DNA of 64,000 nucleotides from Escherichia coli (GTDB lineage Bacteria; Pseudomonadota; Gammaproteobacteria; Enterobacterales; Enterobacteriaceae): NCBI RefSeq assembly GCF_024700885.2, contig NZ_CP117016.1; one strand, 5' to 3'. Shown piece by piece: positions 57,810 to 64,000 of this stretch (position 1 is its first letter; each line of letters starts with the position of its first letter). The notes under the pieces were generated by a model. It saw only the letters and a program-made list of their open reading frames with translations, ran no database searches and was not told where the DNA came from. The position numbers and the translations under genes were made by a program.

Positions 57810-57833
57810 CGCCCGGTTCGCCGGGCATTTTTT
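57810..57833 (+). terminator. Second tandem rho-independent terminator
   Basis: GCCCGG-TTCG-CCGGGC followed by ATTTTTTT. Confidence 0.55.
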
Positions 57834-57942
57834 TGGCGTGATACGTCACAATTATGATATCGATGCAGATTACGACATACATGAAAAACATGTCATAGTA
57901 TCTCCTGAGGTTAATCTCGATTCAAAAAGAGGATGATTTATA

Positions 57943-58290
57943 ATGATTAAAATCAATAACGTACGTGGTGCTAACGTTAGCGTCAACGGAGAAGACTTCA
58001 CTGGTCATCATATTACGATTAACAATGGAAAAGTGATCGTTGATGGTGTCGAAAAAAATAGCAATCTTGACGGACAGATTAACGTAACAATTAATGGAAG
58101 CGTGGAAGGCGTTGAGATTGAAAATGGATCAGTGACTGTAAGCGGTGATGCACATTATGTGAAAACTATGTCTGGTGATGTCCATTGTTCCAATGTATTG
58201 GGAAATGTAAACACCATGTCTGGAGATGTAATCTGCGAAACTGTTGGTGGAAACGCCAGCACAATGTCTGGAAATATTATCAAGAAATAA
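57943..58290 (+). CDS. Repeat protein of unknown function (115 aa), predicted beta-helix/beta-roll
   Basis: AT-rich ORF, opposite strand; four internal periodic repeats (VTVSGDAHYVKT, MSGDVHCSNVLGNVNT, MSGDVICETVGGNAST, MSGNII). Confidence 0.5.
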   Translation: MIKINNVRGANVSVNGEDFTGHHITINNGKVIVDGVEKNSNLDGQINVTINGSVEGVEIENGSVTVSGDAHYVKTMSGDVHCSNVLGNVNTMSGDVICETVGGNASTMSGNIIKK

Positions 58291-58375
58291 TTATTTAAAA
58301 ATAAAGCCCGCCAAATGCGCGCGCTTTGTTTTATCCTCACCAGAGGATATCAACGACATTATCCCCACCAGCGGA

Positions 58376-59851
58376 TTAAGCATAGGGATCGTAATCTGTA
58401 ATGGCCTTGCCTTGCTGGTTCTGCTGACCTGGAATTCGCAGACGCTTCGACACAGGGAACGCAAACGTCAGCAGTAGCGCATCGCCTTTACCCGGCGAAC
58501 GCCCAAGCCGCTCCTTGATATCCTCCTTCGGTTCGATAACGATTTTACCGTCCACGCGAACTTTGTACTCTGCCGCCGACAGGTCGTCTGCAGTTTCCTG
58601 GTCATCCAGCATGCCGCCCAGCCTCAGCCATGTCTTGCATGAGTTGAACATCTCCCCGCGCTTGTTGAGCATCTGAGGGTCAGTTGACGCGCCACCGAAC
58701 GGAACAAGTTGCCATGTGCGCCCCCAGCCGTCACCGATTGACTTCAGGCCAGTACCGTAACCGAAGTCGATGAACACCGCGTCGGCCTGATACTGGTCTT
58801 CAAAGTCAGCGATACGCTTCGCCATAATCAGATCGTCGGTGGTCTTGTTGCCAGTCCACAGCACCTTACTGTGCAGCCCCTGCCGCAGGTATATCACCGC
58901 GTCATCAACGCCGGAGTATGCCGGGTCAACTCCGATTATCACCGGAGCATGTGCCACCTGCGCAGCGGTTACCACCCGTTTCATTGCCTCGTCAGTAAGA
59001 CCGGTAGGGATAAACTGCAATTCAGATGCATCAGGGAATATGCCACGCACACGGATTTTAACGAAGTCGCTGTCTTCCCCGTAGTCATCAACCCATTTCT
59101 GCAACTGCTGTTTGTTAGTGCCTTCCACCGTCCGGCTGTCAATCTGCGCAGTTTTCCAGCGGTGTTTATATTTGCGGAAACATTCTCGGAAACGTCCGGT
59201 ATTACGCGTCGGGTTTCCGAACGCCACCCAGATAATCTCAGTGTCTTCGTCCGTAAGCGCACCCTCGGCAACTTCCCACACCAGATCCGCAATGTTCGAC
59301 GCTTCATCGAATACCACGATGATACGTTTGCGCTCGTTGTGTAGTCCGGCGAACGCCTCAGTATTGTGCTCAGACCAGGGGATTGCGTCAGCTCGCCACC
59401 GCTTGTCGTGCCCAGGATCATTGCTGTACATCGCGGTAGCGGTACAGGTGAACCAGTCTTTCGTGATAGCAAGGTTCGACCACTTGATAATTTCCGGCCA
59501 GGTCTTCGTTCGTAGCTGGTTGTCGGTGTTGGCGGTCACCACGATCTTACAATCCTCGCAAGTGGACATGCCCCAGTTGATCAGCATTGAGATGAATGCG
59601 GATTTACCAATACCGTGACCAGAAGCGCGTGCCAGCATAAGCGGCTGATAGCGCGTCTCTGGATTCTGCAGGTGATCACGTATCTCTCGGAACGCATCAG
59701 CCTGCCACTGACGTGGGCCGGTGGCATGTGCCAGTTCAGTCCCCTCTTCCCCCCACGGGAACGCATAGAGGGCATAGCCAAGCGGATCGTGAGTGAACCC
59801 TGCAATATCCTCGATCAACTGCTCTTCAGGAGATAACGCTGTATCTGTCAC
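58376..59851 (-). CDS. Terminase large subunit
   Basis: Walker A-like GHGIGKS, Walker B VVFDEAS, nuclease-like C-terminal region; 4-nt overlap with upstream small subunit. Confidence 0.75.
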   Translation of the reverse strand: MTDTALSPEEQLIEDIAGFTHDPLGYALYAFPWGEEGTELAHATGPRQWQADAFREIRDHLQNPETRYQPLMLARASGHGIGKSAFISMLINWGMSTCEDCKIVVTANTDNQLRTKTWPEIIKWSNLAITKDWFTCTATAMYSNDPGHDKRWRADAIPWSEHNTEAFAGLHNERKRIIVVFDEASNIADLVWEVAEGALTDEDTEIIWVAFGNPTRNTGRFRECFRKYKHRWKTAQIDSRTVEGTNKQQLQKWVDDYGEDSDFVKIRVRGIFPDASELQFIPTGLTDEAMKRVVTAAQVAHAPVIIGVDPAYSGVDDAVIYLRQGLHSKVLWTGNKTTDDLIMAKRIADFEDQYQADAVFIDFGYGTGLKSIGDGWGRTWQLVPFGGASTDPQMLNKRGEMFNSCKTWLRLGGMLDDQETADDLSAAEYKVRVDGKIVIEPKEDIKERLGRSPGKGDALLLTFAFPVSKRLRIPGQQNQQGKAITDYDPYA

Positions 59852-60444
59852 TGATTACCATCCTGACGTTCTTTGAGTCGCTTCCTGGCTGCTGCTATGC
59901 GATCAGCAATTGTCACATTCACATTAACATCCAGACGTTCTTTGAACGCGTTGACATCAACATGCTTACCAATCAGCTCAAGGTTCTTCACCTTGTCAGG
60001 CCATTTAATTTTTTTGAGGATTGTCTCTATCGAATCCTCGTTCATGTTCATGATGGTCGATGACAGATCAAAGCCACTAAGCGTAGTGCGCCAGATTTTC
60101 GGCCACTCGCGGATTGGCTTAAGGCTCCCATCGTCGTTGAGGATGTCGATCACATCCATCTGGTCGATCTCCACCAGGCGCATAAGAACGTAATCGGCAC
60201 TGACGCGCATTCGTTTGTTGCGCTCCTCCATCAGCTCGGCAATCCGTTTTTGAATGCGTTCATCGCGCATCATGACACTGGCTTTAACTGCCGCTGTATT
60301 TGGGGAGAATCCTGCGTTAATCGCTGCCTGAGTCTGGTTTTCAGGCGTTTTGATGTATGACTGGCAATAAGCCTCCTGCATTGCTGTTAGTGGCTTAAAT
60401 TGCGTTGATTTGCGTTTATAGGTTTTAGGTTCAGCAGGCATCAT
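59848..60444 (-). CDS. Terminase small subunit (start uncertain; the ORF extends to a TTG at 60522)
   Basis: Immediately upstream of and overlapping the large terminase; ATG with GGTGG RBS at 60444. Confidence 0.5.
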   Translation of the reverse strand: MMPAEPKTYKRKSTQFKPLTAMQEAYCQSYIKTPENQTQAAINAGFSPNTAAVKASVMMRDERIQKRIAELMEERNKRMRVSADYVLMRLVEIDQMDVIDILNDDGSLKPIREWPKIWRTTLSGFDLSSTIMNMNEDSIETILKKIKWPDKVKNLELIGKHVDVNAFKERLDVNVNVTIADRIAAARKRLKERQDGNQ

Positions 60445-60562
60445 AACCACCGTGGTAATAGTTACCGTTTTGGTAATAGTACCATGCAAAACAAAGCCGC
60501 CATAGTTGGCGGCAGTATTCAAAACCCATCAAATTCATCATGCATAATCTACTCGTGACATG

Positions 60563-60904
60563 TCACACTATTAATTTCGTTTCATGCCAGCCTTTAGTCA
60601 CCCAGCATTGCGAGTCACCATTACACGGGCATGAATTAACTGGAACTCTCCCGCCGCACTTACCGCAACGTTTTCTGCTGATCGATTTTATACGCCCGCG
60701 CACGCGTGCATCATCCTGGCGGATCAGTAACGCTATATACTCACCAAATTCGTAAGGCGCACGCCCGGGGCGACGCGTGGCACAGTTACGCTCCAGCATT
60801 TCAATTTCCTGAGCATCAAGCACAATTTCCAGCTTACGCACACCAGATGCAGCTTGTCTGGCTCTCTGAGCGGCTTTGCGCTCTGCTGCTGATTTAGCCA
60901 TCAA
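60563..60904 (-). CDS. Hypothetical protein with basic N-terminus and Cys-rich C-terminus (113 aa)
   Basis: AAERKAAQRARQ... helical region then RCGKCGGRVPVNSCPCNGDSQC. Confidence 0.4.
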   Translation of the reverse strand: MMAKSAAERKAAQRARQAASGVRKLEIVLDAQEIEMLERNCATRRPGRAPYEFGEYIALLIRQDDARVRGRIKSISRKRCGKCGGRVPVNSCPCNGDSQCWVTKGWHETKLIV

Positions 60905-60936
60905 TATTTACCTTTATCGCGAACACCTTTACCGGT

Positions 60937-61179
60937 TTATCTCCTTTGCATGGCACGTAATTTTTTCAGATGGTTCTCCTGTTCTGTTTCAGCCAGGATC
61001 TGGTGATATTCTCTGTGATCAATGTGTTCGAATAAATTATTGAATTTTCTGATGCACACCCTTCCAGGATAGCCATCCATCCTCTTGAAGAACACTGAGT
61101 GATCAGTACTACGAATGATTTTTACTGGATAGCCGGCGCTATCGGTGTATATCTGACCACGTTGAATCAGAGAGAACAT
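60937..61179 (-). CDS. Hypothetical phage protein (80 aa)
   Basis: ORF in early-region operon. Confidence 0.35.
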   Translation of the reverse strand: MFSLIQRGQIYTDSAGYPVKIIRSTDHSVFFKRMDGYPGRVCIRKFNNLFEHIDHREYHQILAETEQENHLKKLRAMQRR

Positions 61180-61240
61180 TCGCTTATCCCCAGATAAAAA
61201 TATAGCAATACCAATTACATAAAATACTTCAGGCCAAGCA

Positions 61241-62026
61241 TCATTTCACCTCCTGCGGCGGTTCTGGTAGAGGCATCCAGTGTGACGGTTTCCACGACGC
61301 ACCAGGAATTATCCACCCATCATTAGCGTCAGGATGCCCGGGGATGTAAGTAGCCCATTTCATTCGCCAGTCACCTTTCCTGTCAAACTCCACGGCAACA
61401 AGAACGGCTGTTTTGGTATTCGGCATTCGCTCACTACAGCTTATCCAACCATCCGGAGTTACCGGAGAGTTGACAGCCAGTCTGCGCAAAACAGCCTTAA
61501 CAGCCTCAATACGGTCATCATCGCAATTTTCCAGCGTATCTATGCGGTCGAGCATGATGATGGCGTTATCAATATCAGGATTGCCAGTCCACTCATTACT
61601 GCGATTGGATTCGGCAGCCTGGTTGCCAGATGCTGGTTGATTGTCGGCTTGGCTATAGCTAACAGCACGGCAGGCATCCTCTACGCCTTTAACTGCATCT
61701 GCGCAGTAGTTATAGCGATTGCATTCCACTAACTTCTGCTTGAGGTTTTCAATTGCTTGCGCGACATTAGCCTGTGTTACCGGCACAGGTGGAGCGGCGA
61801 ATAGATATCCTCCAAAGTCAGGAAGCTCTCCAATGGCCTGTACGAACTTTTGTTTGCCTACGTCAATTCCTAATGGGTAGTGAGCTATAATTTTTGCCAC
61901 TGGCTCTGCCTCCAGCGATGCCAGAGCAATTTCATAAGCACGGCGCTCAATATTGTCTCGCACGTCCAGGCTGCCGATTCGCTCTTTGATTTCTTTAATC
62001 AGTTCTTTGTCGGTTAAAGTGGTCAT
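61241..62026 (-). CDS. Phage early protein with a DUF551-like C-terminal domain
   Basis: C-terminal WISCSERMP...SHWMPLPEPP pattern recalled as DUF551-like. Confidence 0.45.
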   Translation of the reverse strand: MTTLTDKELIKEIKERIGSLDVRDNIERRAYEIALASLEAEPVAKIIAHYPLGIDVGKQKFVQAIGELPDFGGYLFAAPPVPVTQANVAQAIENLKQKLVECNRYNYCADAVKGVEDACRAVSYSQADNQPASGNQAAESNRSNEWTGNPDIDNAIIMLDRIDTLENCDDDRIEAVKAVLRRLAVNSPVTPDGWISCSERMPNTKTAVLVAVEFDRKGDWRMKWATYIPGHPDANDGWIIPGASWKPSHWMPLPEPPQEVK

Positions 62027-62304
62027 TTGTTAATCCTCAAAACTTTATGCCCGGGCGCAAAAGCACGCGTTTTGTCTTTGCTTATTCGCCACCCGTCTTT
62101 ACGGGCCTCTTTTGCACAACCAGACCATGACGTACCGATATACTCACCGAAGTTTGGCACTGGATATACACCTTCCGTACACTGGCGACAATCACAATAG
62201 AGATGCATGGTGTAACTTGCGGCAATAGCCATATCACTCTCCTTTAGTACGCAAGTGGTTTTTCCAGCGGTTTTGCGCCGCGCTGGGCTTTTTGCAAAAA
62301 CCAC
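62023..62304 (-). CDS. Small Cys-containing phage protein (possibly Lar-like)
   Basis: CDCRQC and C-x-K motifs; true start may be an internal ATG. Confidence 0.3.
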   Translation of the reverse strand: MVFAKSPARRKTAGKTTCVLKESDMAIAASYTMHLYCDCRQCTEGVYPVPNFGEYIGTSWSGCAKEARKDGWRISKDKTRAFAPGHKVLRINK

Positions 62305-62426
62305 AATCCATCATCCCGTAATGTTTCATTAACCCCATCCGTCGGTTGCTGAGTCTCACCCACTGCCAGACGCCAGGACCGTTTCTGCGAACTAATAGGA
62401 TTTTTGCTTTACGGTTTTTCATCGCT

Positions 62427-63158
62427 TTACTCTTCTTCCTCACGCCCAAGATATGAAAGAGATGTGACTGCTGTTGCATGGAAACAACAAACCTTGCTAA
62501 GTGCGCTTTTAAACTCTTCAAGGTCGGATTGCGATTTGATTCTGAAAGGTGACTGCGCAATCCCGGACATGGTAATGCCGCTAACATTGCTCACTGCGCT
62601 GTAGTGATATACGTGCCTATTAGCTGATTGAGCCACGTGTTCCTGTTGGCTGTTTATATTGGCGTCCTGTCTTGTGTTGGCCTGCTCCAACTCTTCGATA
62701 CGTTCAGCCATCGCAGCACACTCTTCAAAGTTGCTTAATGCTTTTCGCTCCGATTCAGCGCATTGTTTTTCCAGTTCTGCTATGCGCTTACCTCCATCCA
62801 CGATTACTCCCTCGTAATGCTCGCGCTGCTCGTTGAGTTTTGATTTTGCCGACTCCAGTTGTTTTGTTAGTTCCGCAATACGGCAAACATCGTTGATACG
62901 CGTTTCCTCTAATGCGTTGATCTCATCCAGTAGTGCCAGCGCAACTTTTGGTGGGATAGCCGCGATATAACGGGCATTAGCACCAGCATTCCTTTGCCCA
63001 TCAATGCCAGGCCAGTCAATAAAGTATCCGCAATGCCTACCCTCAGACGTGCGCGCAGGATAAATGCCGTTATGACCCGGCAAAATATATGCTACCCATT
63101 CATCTTGCGTTGCCTGTTCCGCCGCCTCGCGCAGTGCCTGATAATTAATCTTGCTCAC
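62427..63158 (-). CDS. Ead/Ea22-like early protein
   Basis: Coiled-coil-rich protein; N-terminal MSKINYQALREAAEQATQDEWVAY resembles Ea22-like prophage proteins (from memory). Confidence 0.4.
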   Translation of the reverse strand: MSKINYQALREAAEQATQDEWVAYILPGHNGIYPARTSEGRHCGYFIDWPGIDGQRNAGANARYIAAIPPKVALALLDEINALEETRINDVCRIAELTKQLESAKSKLNEQREHYEGVIVDGGKRIAELEKQCAESERKALSNFEECAAMAERIEELEQANTRQDANINSQQEHVAQSANRHVYHYSAVSNVSGITMSGIAQSPFRIKSQSDLEEFKSALSKVCCFHATAVTSLSYLGREEEE

Positions 63159-63808
63159 TGGCTGCCTCCTTTGCGAAGCTGTTCAGCGATATCTTCGAGA
63201 ACGCCATCAGAGAATGAGCGGTCAAAATCGCCTTCCCGCGCATTAGCCATAAACTCAGTAGAGGTAAGAATCATCCGGGCAATATCCGCGGCGTTCTTCG
63301 CAGTATCATCAATAAAACCAGCTTCCCAAGCAGCCAGCATTCTGTTCGCCACAAAGTAAGCGCCCTCCTTGCGTGCTTCAGTCTTCACTTCATCCAGGAA
63401 AGTGTCGGTCGCAGGAGTGGTTTTTTGTGGTGATAGGGCGATACGAATTGTTTCAAGAGCTGGATCTATTTCCACTGTTGGCACTTTGATAAAACCAAGC
63501 TGCACGCCATTCATAATGAACGTGCGGCGATCCTCACATATCGCCTTCAGCGCCGCATTCTCCGCTGCCAGCGCCGAAAACTTCTCATGTGCCAACTTAA
63601 CAGCCGAATCAGCCTGCTTAATTGACTCAATCGCTCTCTGGTGGTCTTCGGCCAGCGCATTAGCACGCACCAGTTGCACTTCAAGTTGCGTTGCCAAATC
63701 GCTGATCAGCTTTGCCACACTGCGCATATCAACGGCACCACATTCTGCTTTCAGTTCCGAAGCCATCTCATGCCCGGTGGAAACTAACCCTTTGATATTA
63801 CTTTCCAT
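63155..63808 (-). CDS. Hypothetical phage early protein (217 aa)
   Basis: ORF with overlapping stop/start with downstream gene. Confidence 0.4.
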   Translation of the reverse strand: MESNIKGLVSTGHEMASELKAECGAVDMRSVAKLISDLATQLEVQLVRANALAEDHQRAIESIKQADSAVKLAHEKFSALAAENAALKAICEDRRTFIMNGVQLGFIKVPTVEIDPALETIRIALSPQKTTPATDTFLDEVKTEARKEGAYFVANRMLAAWEAGFIDDTAKNAADIARMILTSTEFMANAREGDFDRSFSDGVLEDIAEQLRKGGSQ

Positions 63809-64000
63809 CTTTACCCTCGCTTATCCACATAACTTATTGATAACATTGATAACTAAAAAGATCGTCGATTCAGAACTCTTCGATTTTCCATCCGCCACCT
63901 GCTTTCTTTGGCTTAACCGTTACCCCGATGATTCGGAACGGATACTGATCTGCGGCGATTTTGGTTTTCACCCTGGCGTCGTCTGTCCAGAAACCTTTCA

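Larger units (their letters stand above)
33556..64000 (-). mobile_element. Prophage (left end at the guaA 3' junction; right end beyond the window)
   Basis: Contiguous minus-strand block of terminase, portal, scaffold, capsid, virion, tailspike and lysis genes; no K-12 genes after yfgI. Confidence 0.9.

Overview
The window has two parts. Positions 1-33,540 are ordinary Escherichia coli K-12-type chromosome, read from protein translations I recognise: purC (5' end), bamC, dapA, gcvR, bcp, the hydrogenase-4 operon hyfABCDEFGHIJ-hyfR-focB, yfgO, bepA, yfgD, hda, uraA-upp, purMN, ppk-ppx, pdeF (yfgF), yfgG, yfgH and yfgI. From about 33,556 to the end of the window (over 30 kb, continuing beyond it) is a temperate-phage genome inserted at the 3' end of guaA; the last guaA codons (IEWE-stop) remain as a remnant at 33,541-33,555. 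The prophage runs on the minus strand: early genes, small and large terminase, portal, scaffold, major capsid, tail and internal virion proteins, tailspike, then holins, endolysin and Rz/Rz1. This layout resembles epsilon15/phiV10-type podoviruses, but that is from memory and unverified. Three AT-rich cargo units sit on the opposite strand. The most striking is a hexapeptide-repeat acetyltransferase whose 3' end is a perfect 8-bp tandem repeat (ACAGCAGC, 42.5 copies). The others are a small gene behind a perfect LexA box, and a tRNA-Arg(UCU) with a long leader plus a beta-helix repeat protein. Two of these units share an upstream motif cassette with a 17-bp palindrome. All coordinates were hand-counted and may be off by a base or two; no database search was possible.
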